64,000 nt of DNA from Eledone cirrhosa (taxonomy: Eukaryota), in NCBI GenBank assembly GCA_964016885.1, contig OZ024741.1:356686001-356750000 (forward strand), written 5' to 3'. Positions 35,290 through 51,200 of this stretch are shown in pieces. The notes under the pieces were generated by a model. The model was not told where the DNA came from and did no database searches. It worked only from the letters and a program-made list of their open reading frames with translations. Within the stretch, counting starts at the first letter, position 1, and each line of letters starts with the position of its first letter. A program made the position numbers and the translations under genes.

Positions 35290-38200
35290 CATCATCATCT
35301 TCGTTTAACGTCCATTTTCCATGCTAGCATGGGTTATATATTCATAAGCATATGTTTGAGTCAATGTTGGGCAAAGTTAAGATCTTATATAAGACAGACA
35401 AATCTAATTGCGTGTATATTTAAAAAATATATGTTCAATATCCTTCAACGTATAACAAATGCTCAAATGCTAGTACCACAATAAAATGTATCCAGTACAG
35501 TCTGTAAAACAGTTGGTGTTAAGAAGGGTATCCAGCTGTAGAAAACAGGCCAAAAATGTAATGTATTGTGTGTGAGTGATGTGGTCCTTGACTCATATCT
35601 GAGGATAGCAGTTCCAATTAAGTATTGACTTGGTCTGTAACAGCCCATCCAACCTATGCCAGTATGGAAAAGTAGACATAAAATGATGATGAGCATAAAA
35701 ATGGTATATTTCTCAAAGTAACATACCTCTTTCATTGATATCCATTTCTCAGCAGTAACACTTAAAGATTGGAAATTCTTATCAGCAAGATGTCGTAAAC
35801 TCCCAATGACAAATTCTGATATACCAAAAACCTCTGCAGTTCGACAAAGACCTGACAGAAAAAGATACATATTTTTCATTTTAATATTCAAAAAAAGAAA
35901 TGAAATTTTAAAATGAAAGGAACAATAGGGTGAGGTAGACTGAGGAGGACCTGAGCAGAAGTAGGGAAAATGAATCTCAGGAAGCTGAACCTCACAAAAA
36001 AAAAGGGATATGTGGAGCCATATTATGTTGGAGAGGATTCATCTAAACAATGCAAACATGGAAAAATGGATATAAAACCAACGAGGCTGATGATGATGAT
36101 AATCTTAACTTTTCTTTACTATATTTCTAATGAAAGATACTGCCTATAAGTTTCAAATAATTTTGAAAGTGACCAAGAATTTAGAGGAATTTAGTAATTT
36201 AACTAACTTTTTCATTATTAAGCTGGCATTTGGAACATAGCATAACAAAGGTTCTTACATGAGACTATGATGGAAGATTTTAAAATAAATATAAACACTT
36301 TAAACCAACAGAACCACAGAACCAAGGTTGATTTCAAGTGGTTTGGTATCAGAAGAGTTAATCATTGCTGAATTGCTGAATGGCAATGGATATAGAGGAT
36401 AAATAAACAATAAAGTTACTTACAATTCATTCTTAATCTCTTAATAAGTTTCCATGTAAACAGCTATTCCATTGTGACAATATACATAGTTATTTTATCA
36501 AGCATGAAGTAGAGAAATATAAAGTAGGTCAAAACCTGAACTGAACAGTGAGAGATTGAACTAGAATCTATAAAGTATCCAGTCAAGGGTTTTACCTACA
36601 CAAGCACCGTGTTTACACTTCTGGGGTTATATTAACAAATGATATACTTCCAAAAATAAAATACATAACAAAAAAATTGTTTAACTTTTATGATATTAGC
36701 CCACTTGAAACCATCCCTGGTCTCTGCAATACAAAACTGTTTATTTTAAAGTGTTTTTATTTATCAAAAAACTTTCCATCACAATTTTATATAAGAGCCT
36801 TTTGTTATGTTATGTTCTTGATAATTTTCAAAATTATTTTAAAAATCGTAGGCAGCATCTTTCATTTGAAATATGGCAATGAAAGGGTTAAATAATGAAA
36901 GAAAAAAAAAACAATAAGAAATCAAGTACTTTACCTCCTAAATTTGGAACTTTGTTGATAAGTGATGTTATCAATACCAACTGGCTTACATTGGTCTTTT
37001 TTTCTAAACAATCTTGCTGTTCCTCATTTAAAACATCTGGTGTCATTAATCGCCAAGGCATTATTTTCTTCTGAAAATCTAAGCCTTCTGTGGATGATTC
37101 TTCATTATGTAACACTGGAGCATCTATAACCAGACATTACCATTTGAGTTTTTTTTAAAATTAAGTATGATTGAAATATTTCTTTTTTGATTTTAAACTA
37201 ATTACACAATTGATGAAAGAAATATATAAATATAATTATATATCACAGCTAATCTCTACTTAAATATAACAGCGATTTGGCAGAATTATTTGAGCACTGG
37301 ATAAAATACCTTGTAGTGTTTGCTCTGGTGCTATACATTCTGAGTTCAAATCACACTTTGCTTTTCATTCTTTAGGGTCAATAAAATAAAATACCAGTCC
37401 AAGGCAGTTGATTGGCAAAATTGTTAGAACATCAGACAAGATTCCTTGCAGAGTATTTGTTCCAGTATTTTGTATTCTGAGTTTAAATTCCACCCACAAT
37501 ACAAACCCTACAATTGGCCAGGACCACAACTGATTATGAAAGCTCCAATGGGTAGGAGGACGAGGAGGAGGATTGTAACCATTTGTTATTGCCATTGAAT
37601 GATGATGATGTGGTGATATATATATATCTACTAGCCGAATTACCCGCACCTTGCTGCATTTCACACATTTTCATTGTAAGAGAATGATGATTGATTTTAA
37701 ATCAGTGATATAATTTATGGAGAAAAACTCTGCATTTCAATATTACTCAATGTAAAATGTAATGCATGAAAAATTGGAAAACATAATTTTTTGTAATATA
37801 TCAAATCAAAATTACATTATTAAATCTTATTCTTATATTGTTTCTTGTAAATAATTTTTTTCAAAATATCAATTCAAAACTTGATCATTTCATTTTTGTG
37901 TAAAGCATTATTTTCAAATTAGAAATTCAAAGTGTAATTATTTATTTTTTAACATAATAAATACATGAAAATATATTTCATACTTTGTCCTAATGAAGAA
38001 CTTTAGTGTAAACAACATTTCTTGTCTTTCTTTGATTGACTAAAATGTAGAGATTTTTTGAAGTTGCAGTCCTTGAAACAGCCACATAAAACCTGCCATG
38101 ACTGAAACATGGGTTTGTCAGATCTATACCAATAGTTTTGAAAGTTTGACCTTAACTTTTATTGATGCTCATGGCAAAGCATGGCCTCACTGGGAACTGC

Positions 38201-41200
38201 AGCCTCTTAAATGTAAAAGGCAACTCGCTATCACTTGGTATAAGTGGAATCCTTGGAATGAGAAGAGTTTGACCTTTGTAAGCCCCGAATATAATGGTTG
38301 CTTCAATCAAGTTCTCATGCAATCTTGTTACAACACATCTTGTTCCATTTATTGGCCAAAATTTTCACTATAGGGGATTTAATCCCAATTAGGGTGTCTT
38401 AATATTATTGAAATTTGCTGAAATTTTGTGAATAGGCATCATATCTTGTCATTTACCTATGGTTTAAATTTCATATAAATCGAAGGGAAAAAATTTTCAG
38501 CGGGGGTTTGTGCCCCTGGGGAACCCTTTGATTAAAATGAAATATACTTATCCAAGTACCCTGGGCAATGTAGTTTCAGAATATATATGGTTATGTGGGT
38601 CTATCTCCAAAACCATAGGAGGAGTTTGTGAACAAACAAACAGACAGGAACTACAACTCATCAAAAGTGTATGTATAGTTCATAGAGTAATGTACAAACG
38701 TCAGGAAAATGAACAGAGCATGAGTCATCATATACACATGTGTGCATATGTATGTAAGGGGGACATCAGGTGTAGTTTTGGCGAATTTTGGGAAGCATGA
38801 GGGTTTTAAAGAATGCAGTGTCTCGGCAGCTAACAACTGACGCAGGCAGATTGTTCCATGCTTCAGCAACTCTAAGCGTGAAAAAATGTTTCCGAAAGTC
38901 ATGGGAGTTGTGCTGTTTTCTGACTTTGTAGGCATATCCACGTGTGTTAGACACATGGAGATCAAAAAGGTGCTCAGGGTTGTTGTTGGCAAGATGGTTA
39001 ATAACTTTGTGGGTGTTTACCAAGTCCATTGCCAGACGTCGGAGCTTCAATGATATATACAAATTATTAAAATGTATATATATATAAAGTGAGCATGCTT
39101 CAATGGATGTGTGATGTTAGTGTGCATGAATGAGCTAAGAGAGAAACTGAGTGTAAGTAGGACCAAATGTATTGAGCAAGAGAGAAGACTGCACTGGTAT
39201 GGCCATGTGATGAAAATGGATGATTTTGGGTGAAGAAGTGCCAGGAACTCCCAGTGGAAGGAAGCTGTAGTAGAGAAAAGCCAAGGAAAACCTGGGCAGA
39301 GGTGGTGAAAGCAGATCTCAAAATGCTGAACCTCACAGAGAAGATGATAGAGGAACATGTGTGGAGGGTGGTTGTGCTGTAAACCCATCCAGCCCTTGCA
39401 AGCATGGAAAAACTGTCATAAAAAGGATGATATAATTGCATACATACGAGAATTTTTCACTCTCCAACGTTCTGACTTGCAATAACTTAGAGATTTGTTT
39501 TCATTATAGAGAGGTAGTAGTCTTGATGTGCTTGCTGTTGGATCAGACCAAGAAGGATCTAGTTGACTAAACATTTCTGGTAAAATCCACTCTCCATCAT
39601 TTAATCCAGTGAGTTTTGGTAAAAGATGAAATATAGTCTAAAGAGAGAGAAAAGAAAAATGGTAGTTAAAAATAATAAAATATGTCACCAATCATTGTAA
39701 ACTATGAAATAGAACTGAGAGAAGTTTTGTGAACAACACAACTTCTGCTGTACTACTATTACTACTATTAAAACACTTCAATATTACTAATATACTTCAG
39801 TATTATTAATACACTTCAATATTACCAACACACTATTCCAATAGAAATAATACATTTACTGCAATATAATTAATACACTCACCTGGTTACCTGGTTGCTC
39901 CAGCCCCTCTGTAATAGGCCACAGTACACTTACTACAATATATCTAATACACTTACTTCAATATAACTAAACACTTACTTCAACATAACTATTACACTTA
40001 CTGTATATATGCATAGACTCATAGCTCCTAGTGGAGTCATGAGAGCATTTTTTTCTACCTAACAGAATCCATCTCCTCTCCAGGTCTGAACACAGCCAAT
40101 TTCTTCCAGAGAAGGAGAGAGGGAGAATGAGAGAGAGGAGGAAGTGGGTAAGAGATATAGTGGATGAATTAATCCCAGTACTAAACTGGTACTTTTATCA
40201 GCCTCGGTAGGATGAAAGGCAAAGTTGACCTCAGTGGGTTTTGAACCCAGAGTGCAGAGCCAACACAAATACAGCATGGCTTTCTAACTAATGCTCTGTA
40301 GTGGCTGAGATGGTCGCTTGGTAGCTAGCAGTTGCCTCCCCTTAACAACCCTTCAGGGAAGGGAGGCAAAAAATACACCCGGACACAGCCACAGGTTCAC
40401 ACACTCTTTTTGGACCACGGACATGAACAGACGTGGAAAGATCCGCTCCTCAAAATATTGACGTAGGAAATTTACTAAATTATTGCATTAAATAAAATGA
40501 TTGTTAGACTTGATTGTGCATTTATTTATTCGACAAAGAGAAACATCACTTTTCTTTAGCTCTAACAATTCTGCTGATTCATCACCTTATGTCAATATTA
40601 CTAATACTTACTTCAATAGTAAAATCTCTGACTGGATCAAACACTGCCATAAAATAGGATTCCATTAGCTTTATTGTGTTCTTTGTGGCATTACTGAAAT
40701 TTAAAAAAATAAAAAAGGAATTAAAAATTCATTAATAGAATAGCTATTTTCATTCTTTCAAGAAAATATATGTTGGCTTCACAACCATGTGTTTCTGGGT
40801 TCAATCATGCTGCATAGCACCTTAGGGAAGTATCTTTTAGTATAGCTTCAGGCTGTTCAATACCTTGTGAGTGGAATTTGGAAAACGGAAACTGTAGACA
40901 CCCATATCGAATACGCATGCACACACACACTCATAAAAAATGAAGAGTAAAATATCATATGTTAACCCTTTAGTATTTACATTATATTTACTATTGTATT
41001 TTTGCAGTAAAAGTTTTATTTCACATAATATCGAATCTATGAGATTTTGATATTATTTTAAGAACAATACCTTAATCTGAGTATAAGGGGCCGGTTATGG
41101 CCGGTTTGAACATAAAGAGGTGAGAGAATTCTGACTGGATATGACCAGTTTAAATGCTAAAAGGTTAAATTGATATTTCACTTGCCATCTTTTCTGTTTA

Positions 41201-44200
41201 TACTGCTATACTTTTAATTCATGTCAGTATATTGAGTGCTGAGCATGGTTTACACCACCATTAATTGCAATCAAACTAATGCACATATATGCGTGTGTGT
41301 TTGTCCGTCTGACCATGTCTCTGTTTATGTTTGTGTCTGCATCTTTTTTTATGTCATATAACTTAGAGGTTCAACAAAAAGGAATCGATAAAATAAGTAC
41401 TGGGGAAAAGATAAAAAAAAACATTCTACAATAATTTAGCAGAAAATATTTAAAAACAAGTTTGCTAATTCAAATATTTACAGGATCTTTACTAGTGGAC
41501 TGAGTGTTGTAAAAATTTGCAGAATTAGAGAAAAGGCTTTCATTTTTAAAGTGATACAGTCATAGTGTTGTTTTGTACTTTTCAAGACAGTCTTGCTAAA
41601 GTGGTTTCAGGTGGTACTGGACATTAAGAGTTAAAAGTGCACCTGAGCACTGTACACAATAATTTTCCTTTTCATTATTCAAAGTGAACTTCAAGTCTGT
41701 GTATATTGCCAATTAACTCAGTTACTCTGACTAAGGGAGAAATTAAACTTGCAAAGCTTCATTAAATACACTTATTTACTGAATCAGTGTTTCACCTGAA
41801 TACTTCCTTATTTTAAGGTTTCAAACATATTTTTAATTGGAACTTTTGTCTCACCTGTCATCAGTGAATTGAAGACATTCTTCCAACAGATAAAATTTAC
41901 TTATCACATGATTCAGTTGAAGAGATTTACATTGTTTCCACATCTTACAACTTGTAGCACGGGCATAGATTCTTGTGTTGAAGTGATGGTTCATACACAA
42001 TGACAGCAAATGATGAAAGGCAGATTCGTAGAACTCCGTCTATTAAAAAGGAAAATTATGTTAACAATTTCAAAATACCTTCTTAAGAAACAAAAAGTTG
42101 GAAAAGGTTGTCCATATTTTGACTAAAAACTACTGATAAACCATTCAAAGTAATATACAAAGAAAAATAATTGTCTATGACAAGACAATAAACAAAACTA
42201 CTACAAGCACTTTAACCCTTGAGCATTTAAACCAGTTTTATCCGCATTTTCACTGCTAAAGCAGAAGTTAGCTTTTCAGGCTATATGACAGGCTTCATAC
42301 TCATCATGGGGTTCTTTTTGAGGCAATGTTTTATGGCTGAATTCCATTTCTGTAACCAATCCCTTTTAGTTGTCTCTTGAGACATGCAAGGATACACATG
42401 GAGATAAACATAGATGCCAACTTAAGGAATGCCACAGTACTAAAGTACGCAGACGACATCAAGCTGTACCTTGAGATAAAAAGGACAGATCCTGAACACT
42501 ATAGATCTTGCTTGCAGTCTGACCTGGACACAATGCAACAGTGGATCTCAAACTGGCAACTCAAGCTAGCTGTGGACAAGTGCACCACCATGCATTTTGG
42601 GAGTAAAAACCCAGCGTCCACATACTCCCTCCACAGCACTAATATCAAGAAGTCTTCCTGTGAACGTGACCTGGGCATTACGGTCAGCAGCGATTTGCGT
42701 TGGACGAGGCACGTCTCTAAAATTGTCAAGAGGGCCGAGGGTGTCTTAGCATCACTCAGCAAGACCTTTGTCAGCCGCTCTCCAGATATCTATTTAAGGC
42801 TGTATACAGCTATGGTGCGACCACACTTAGAATTTGCATCACCAGTCTGGAACCCCTATCTTGCTCAGGACATTGACCGCCTGGAAACTGTTCAGAGACG
42901 TGCAACCAAGCGAATACCCTCCATCAGGCATCTACCATACTCTGAGCGCCTTGCTTCCCTGGGCATGGATTCATTGAAGCTCCGACGCCTGGCAACTGAC
43001 TTGGTAAACACCCACAAAATTGTTAACCATGTTGCCAACAACAACCCTGAGTGCCTTTTCGATTTCCATGTGTTTAACACACGTGGACATGCCCACAAAG
43101 TAAGAAAACAGCACAGTTCCCATGACTTTCGGAAACATTTTTTTCACGCTCAGAGTTGCTGAAGCATGGAACAAACTACCTGCATCAGTTGTTAGCTGTC
43201 GAGACACTGCATCCTTTAAGGCCTCCATGCTTCCCGAGATCCGCCAACACTACAGCTAACACATACAAACATGTACTTCCCTGGCATTTGTGTATTATTC
43301 TATGTACTATATTGACGAGTTGTAGTGCACCTGAGCACTTTACACAATAATTTCATTATTATTTTAAACAGAGCCTAAGAATAAATTACAATATCATCAT
43401 CACCATTTGATATCTATTTTCCATGGCTGCATCAGTTAGACAGGTTGTCAAGTACTGAGGCTAGACAGGTCAGGTAGCCACATCTTGTTCATACATTTTG
43501 TTTTGGGCTTGGTTTCTGCAGCTGGATACACTTCCTAATGCCAAGCACTTTACATCATGTAATGGGAACATTTTGTTTTTGAAGTTTTAAAAGTAACTGA
43601 ATATTTAAAATAAATATAATTTTATGTATATATTTTCAGTTTTAAGATGCAATTCTTAGCAGTTTCAATGATATTTTGTATTGTTTTCTATTTTCCTTGA
43701 AACTTGACATGACAAAAACAATACATTTTCCATATTAAATGATATAGATAATAGTTTTTAAGCATCAGCAATCATTTTTCTGCAATCAGATATTTTCTTT
43801 AATTTAGCATTTAACTACATCAAGCATTTTAATATCATTTTCCCTACTAAAGCAGGGCTAGCCTTGTGGGTCCCTGTGACTAACTTAATCATACTCATGA
43901 TGTGGTCCTTTATGAGACAATATTTTATGGCTGGACACCTTTCCTAGCATCAACCTTTTTAGTCATCTTTTAAAACATGTACCTATTCTAAACTGGATAA
44001 ATATAGAATTATGTAAAGATAACAAATGAATTAAGATAACATAGAACCTGTTTAAGTTCCGACTCCAATGAAGGTCCAATATGGGACAGAATCTTTAACA
44101 AGGAGCAAGTACACATACTACTGGTTTCTGCCAACTGAAAACAACAATACAAACATTAAAAGTGATGAAATAAGTCTGTTTATAATATATTTATGATATA

Positions 44201-47200
44201 GGTAAAGGGCCCTTAATTTCTGGTGGAGTTGTAGGAGTGCAGTATTGACACATGGCACGTCTTGTGCATTTTAAACCTGGCAGAGCACCTATCCCTATCC
44301 AGGTCGGAAACAGTTCATTGAAGTGCCTCCAGTATTGGACTAGTACTATATTTATCGACTTCAAAAGGATGAAAGGCAATGACGATCCAGGTAGGATTTG
44401 AACTCTGATCACAGTGAGCCAGAACACATACCAAAGCATTTTAAATGTCATGCCTTAACAACTCTGCCAATTTCATGCTTTATATTTATGATATACAGAG
44501 CTACATATAACAAGCAGGCACACTCCTTCAGATCACTTCTACATATGCTTAAGGAGGACATATATGTTAACCCTTTTGATAACAAACCACCTGAAACTGC
44601 CCTGTTTCTATGATAGTAAGTTGTTTATTTTAAAGAATTTATAATTATCTAAAAACCTTCTACCATAATTTCATGTAAGGACCTTTGTTAAGTTATGTTT
44701 CATTCCAAATACTGGTTAAATAATGAGAAAGTTAGTTATATTACTAAATCCTTCCAAATTCTTGATTATTTTCCAATTTACTTCAAAATCACTGGCAGTG
44801 TCTTTCAGTAGAACTATGGCAATGAAAAGGTTAACATAGTTATTGTCACAGTTTGATGTCCTCCTTTCTTATAAATAAAATATTCTTTACAATACAGATT
44901 TAATATAAAGATTAATAAAATTTGAAAATTTTTATATGAAAATACAAACATTCAACTTTTTTGTGCTGCTTACCGTCTTGTATTGTTGCCATATTTGAGA
45001 AATATAAGAAGGAAATTTTAGAATCAAACACAGAGCCAACCATTCAAGCATATCACGAACAGATGGCTGACATTCAACCATAAGAGTTTCCCAAATATAG
45101 TTCCAGACAAATTCCTGATTTGACTGCAAATAAAAGAGAAAATCAATAAGTGTTAATGTATCATATAGAAACAGTTGCAGAAAGATTTCTTAACGCATAA
45201 GTCAGCTGGTGGTGTCAAACTAAGTCTACCACTCAATTAGGCCAGTGTGATTTGAACTCTGAATGCAAAGAGCTGAAACAAATACTACAGGATCTCATCC
45301 AAAGCTGTAACAATTCCACTAATTCACTGCACTAAACTGATACTTCATTTTATTGACCCTGAAAAGATGAAAGGCAAAGCTGACCTAATTCCTTTGTAAT
45401 CATTAGACAATCCTTCCTCATAAATTTACTTTGGTCTTCGAAATTGGTGGAGAAATTAACTTTTTGATGCCATGGTTTTGGTTCTATGAAACAAAAGAAC
45501 CCATTTTAAAGGATTCCTATTTAAGTTAAAACCTTTCGACATATATTTTCACCTTTTCTTAAGTTATGTTAGAAATACCATTTTAATGAAATCATCATCA
45601 TCATCATCATTGTTTAACGTCCGTGTTCCACGCTTGCATGGGTTTGGACGGGAGTTTTCCCACTTGAGGCAAAAGTGATTGTCTTGCTCGCATAGGACTG
45701 TCTGGCGGGTTTTCTACAGCTGGATGCCTTTCCTAACACCAACCACATTACAGAAATAATTAATAATTTCAGTAAATCCTTCCAAATACTTTGTTACTTA
45801 ATTCAAATACTACTGTGTATTTCATTAGAGGTATTGTAATGAAAGGGTTAAAGCTAGAAAAGGTATCTACATGTAAAAACAAACAAACATATGCAGTTTC
45901 AACAAAGAAGCTTCTAGGTGGCCATTTTGATCTACCTTGTTCACTCTCCCTAAGAATAACATGAAGGGTACATGTATTTGTCAAATACTCATCCACTTAC
46001 ATATTAATTTGCAAGTTAGCTTTAAAATTAGTTATTTTATTAAATTCCTATAATTTTTTTTTATTTTTGAGTAAGTAATTGAAATACATGGACTGTGTAT
46101 TTCACTGGAGGTACGGTAACAAAAAGGTTAATATCAGAGAGTAGAAAAAAAATATCACTTACTTCAAATACAAATTGTTTAAACAAAACTAACATTTGGA
46201 CGATTCTTTGTTTGAGTCGATGTGGTAAAGAGTTGGCAAAGTTACGGTATGACCTGCACTGGTTAATTTCTTTGTGCTTTTCTATCAAAGCTCTGATCAG
46301 GGAATGTGCTAAACTGTAGTGGTTGGTGTTGTTGACATTGAGGTGGGTTAACCAGTTAATTGTCAACATTCTTACTTCGATGTCACTCTTAGAAATGCTG
46401 CAAAACAATTTTTGTTTGTAATTTTTTTAATTTCAGAAATTTTAACTGAAGAATATCTAAAGATAAATTATATAAATTCCTTTATAATTTAACTACCTTT
46501 TCTTTTATTTCAGAATTATGATTTCAAGTAATGTTAAAAGCAAATATGATTGTCCTAAATCTTAGATATTCCTATTATTTAAGAAGTAATGAACAATGTT
46601 GAATCAACATCATGATGACCATCATCATTTTTATATTAATTTTTCCAGGCTTGCATGGGTTGGATGAGTTTTCTCCAGCAGAGCTTTCTGCCATTTGTTG
46701 CATTCCTGCTTCGTCATCTCTGCAAGGTTCAACATTCAGTATCCACCACCTCTGTCCAGATTTTCCTTGGTCTTCCTCTATTACAGCTCCTTTCCACCTC
46801 ATCCTTACATACCATGTGTTCATACCAGTGCAATCTTCTCTCTTACACACATTTGATTCACATTATATCCATGCAACATATAATCTACCCTTTGCTTGAA
46901 AAGAGAATTCCTTTGTTGCCAGCAGAGGTAATAGTTCCCTGAACTTTTTCCACCCATTCTTATTCTGGCTGCTATGGTTTCAGAGCACCCTCTTTCATAG
47001 CTAATTAGGTCAGGTCACCTAGATAACAAAATCTATAAACTACTTCTATGGAGCCTTCCTTGGATTGGAAGAATATTATTTTATTGATGCTCTTACAATT
47101 AACAATTATTGTGTATCATCCACAAACAAAACCCCTTTTCTCTGTTAGTCTGCTTTTGATCTTGGTACATCTCTTGTGTACCTAATTTTATACTGGGCTG

Positions 47201-48213
47201 GACATAATTTTCTAAAGACTACTCTCACTACTTAGACACAACAAATATTTCAATTATCAAATATTTTCATTCAAAATAAAGAAATAAAATGATAAAAATT
47301 GTGGTTAAGAAGTTCACTTAAAAGTTACATGAACTCCGGTACAGTCCCACTGCGAAGTACCTTAAGCAAGTATTATCTACTACAGCCCCAAACTGACTAA
47401 TGCCTTGTAAGTGAATTTGGTAGATGGATACTGTAAAGATGTCTATTATGTGTGGGCACCAGCCACAGAAAACTTGCCCCAAAAAAGGGTCAGGATGACT
47501 TTTTCGCTGTATCAATGGCATAACAACCTTCTTAGTGGTGGTTTCACAATAAAATGGACTTGGCAGAATGCAAGAACATATATAAGCTAGTTGCAGGCAC
47601 TCAGCTCATCTGAGAGGTCAGTGGCTCCACTTGAGTATTGACTTAATCTGTGAAGACCTATTAACCATTTACATTACTCTATATTTACTATTGTATTTTC
47701 AAGGTAAACACTTTATTTCACATAATTATCTCATATAATATCGAATCTTGATATTATTTATTTTGAGAACAATACTTTAACATAAGAATGAGCAGCCAGT
47801 TATGACTAGTTTGAACAGAAAGAGGTGAGAGAATTCTGGCCGAATATGGCCAGTTTAAATGCTAAAGGGTTAAAAACATGCTAGCAGGGAAGATGGACTT
47901 TAAATGATGATGATCGCAACATACATATATGTACACATAGGTGTGTATGTGAATGCCAGTCACAAACATCCCATCAACACTATAAAGCCTGCAGTGACAG
48001 TTGTTTCTACCCTGCATAAACAATACATCCTATAATATTACAGCCCAACAAAATAACAGGAGCATACACTATTCTTTGAATAAATATAGATTGGCATCAA
48101 GAAGGGCACCCAGCCATAGAACATATACCAGAAAAGACTTTTGCCTAACTCATGTAAGTATAGAAAAATGGATGTAAAGCCAATGATGGTGTCAACGGCA
48201 GAAATAACATGCT

Positions 48214-48244
<31 letters not shown>

Positions 48245-51200
48245 ATGAAAAATAAAACAGACAACAAAAATAATCCAAATATTTTCTAGAATCAAATGGA
48301 AGCTGGTCACTCACTTAGATTGGAGTTCATTGATCGCACATTCTCCTTGAAGGCTCCCAATAAAAGCAGAGACATCTTGTCGGAATCTTTAAAACAAAAC
48401 AAGGACTTTTCAGAAACTGTTGGAACCAATATAACAGTTGACAACAAGCACTGTAATCTATATAAATATATACAATATTGATTAATAATCAATAGTTTGG
48501 TGTGGAATAATATAATTACATAAGAATACATTTTATCCATCTACCCTTAACTCCTGTTTGAATTATAGGAATGTTGTCATGATATATGATATGACTTGGT
48601 CATTTAAAATTTGCTGGAGCCCACCCCTCTCTAGGTTTGAACAGCCAATTTCTTACAGAGAAAAAGAGCTAGAAGAATCGACTCTAGTACTGTACTGGTA
48701 CTCTATCTATTGACCTCAAAGGGATGAAAGGCAAAGTTGGTCTTGGCAGAATTTGAACTTAGAGCACAGAGAGCCGGAACAAATACCACAAAGCATTTTC
48801 TCTGATTCATCACCTTAGGAATACATTGAGTTTCATTAATATTGATGATGAAATAACGAGAAAGAATTTATAAGATGGCTTGGTCTGCTAGAAATAGCAG
48901 CCAAATCACTCTCAATTCATTTCATACTGTAAAACAGATATATATAAAAATGAATACATTGAACTGTATAGTTCCTGATACACATAATGATGGGAAGATC
49001 ATGACAGCATATTTCTACTGAAAGACACAGCCTATGATTTTCAATTAAGTTTGAAAATAATCAAAAATTAGGAAGGATTTAGTAAAATGATTAACTTTCT
49101 CATTTTAAAGCTAGTGTTTGAAACAAGTGTTTTGATACTAACCCATCGAAAACTACTCCTGGTTCTAAGAAACAAAACCACCTATTTTAAATGAATTCCT
49201 ATTTAAATTAAAATTTTTCAACATAATTTGATATAAGAAGTTTTTGTTTAAGTTACGTTACAAATACTGTATTGATAATGAACCAATAATTTTAATAATT
49301 CCTTCCAAATTCTTCATTAATATACTAAAATACAATATATTTAATTAAAAATATGGTCACAAAAGGGTTAACAAAGGTACTTACATAAATTATGGAGGGA
49401 TTTTAGATGAATATAAACACTTTAAAATAAACAGCTTTGTATGATAGAACGCAAGTCTGTTTCAGACAGGTCAGTATCAAAAGTGTTAATAGGAATAATA
49501 ACCTACCTTTCATTCTTCCGATACACTGTCCCATATGTACAAGCTTGGATTATAGTTGGGGTAAAATTTTCAGCATACTCAACCATTCTATCAGTTTGGA
49601 AGACTTTGCATAAATGTTTAATGAAAATATTTGCCATGCCAGTTCTCTCTTCTCCTATTTGAAGAATTAGTAGGCTATTCTAACAAAGGTAAAACAAAAA
49701 AACAAACACCAGATTTAAAAAAAATGTAATCTTTCTGAATTATGAAGTCTATGAAAATAAATGTAACAATCAGATAATGTTTCTGTATGGAAAGTAACGT
49801 TGTATAAGTCACAGCCTATGTGATCTGTGACATGTCAAACATGAACTCATAGTTTTGATCTAAGTTAAAGATGTAGAGAACACAATAGTTAACAATCAAA
49901 TGATGGCTTCACACATCCTTATTGATATAAATTAACTTGATACCAAAATTATAAATGAATTTTGAAAAAAATAGTTTATTTGAAGATGGGTTTAACTAAG
50001 TAAACTCATTTACAATTTAAAAATACAAGCATTTTAAGGCCCCATGACAGGTTTCATGGTGTCCTTTTTGAGACAACGTTTTGCAGTGTTGCCTGGTGCC
50101 AACCCTTTTAGTCGCTTTTTACTACACACAGGTATACAGTATACCTATCTTAAATTAGCTATACACAGTAACTATAGTTTATAAATAGCCTACAGAAAGC
50201 CTTGAGTTTGTTGAAAGTTAACTCCCAGAGGGAGAGAGTTGCAGTCTCCCCCCACCACATTGGGGAACTGTTCCTAGTTGACATTTGTTACTGTTTTATA
50301 TTATTATCAATTACTATTATTTTCATATCTACTATTTCCCTTAGATAATGTCCCCATTCCTTTACTTTATGTAAACCCCACTCTATGTTTTTTTTTGTGC
50401 TTGTATTGTCTCTAATATCTTGGGCCCTTGTGGCCAATAAAAGAAATACAAGAAATTATTATTATCATTATCGTCGTTATCGTTGTTGGATTGGCAGTAT
50501 CGGTAGTGGGTTGGTCGCCATGCTTTGCAGCATAGAGTTACGGCCCTTTACGGTCTGAGTTCAAATCCCACCGAGGTTAACTTTGCCTTTCATCCTTATG
50601 GGGGTCGATAAAATAAAGGACCAGTAATGCACTGAGATAATTCCTGGCCTTGTGCCAAAAGTAGAAACAATTATTATTATTATTACTATCATAAATTTAG
50701 ATAAATACTTAAAAGAAATCATCATGATCGTTTAACGTCTATCTTCCACACTAACATGGGTTTAATATAAGATAAAATTAAAGATTCATGAAATATTACC
50801 TTCAGAAGAAATTTGTTGACAGAAGAATTAGCTGAATATCTGATGGTTTCAGTTTGAAAACAACTGCTAACATAGTCCTCAAACAACTGCCAGTAAGCTG
50901 CAGACTTGTGCTCTTCTTCAATACGATTCCATGCAACATTCATTGCATTAACAATAATGTCACAGTTGGTCAGCTCAGTGGCTACCTATTACAAATAATA
51001 TAATGACTGATTAAAACTAAGAAGCCTGAAATGAAAATTATTGTGTACAGTGCTCAGGTGCACTATAATTCATCAAAGGTGTATGTATAGTACATAGAAT
51101 AATTGTTTCTACCTTAGGTACAAGGCCAGCAATTACCCAGTGCATTACTGGTACTTTATTTTATCGACCCCGTGAGGATGAAAGGCAAAGTCAACCTCGG

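Noticed and set aside
50488-50572. tRNA genes at A/B-box sequences
   Set aside because: These are SINE heads continuing into a shared body and ATT tail; no cloverleaf.
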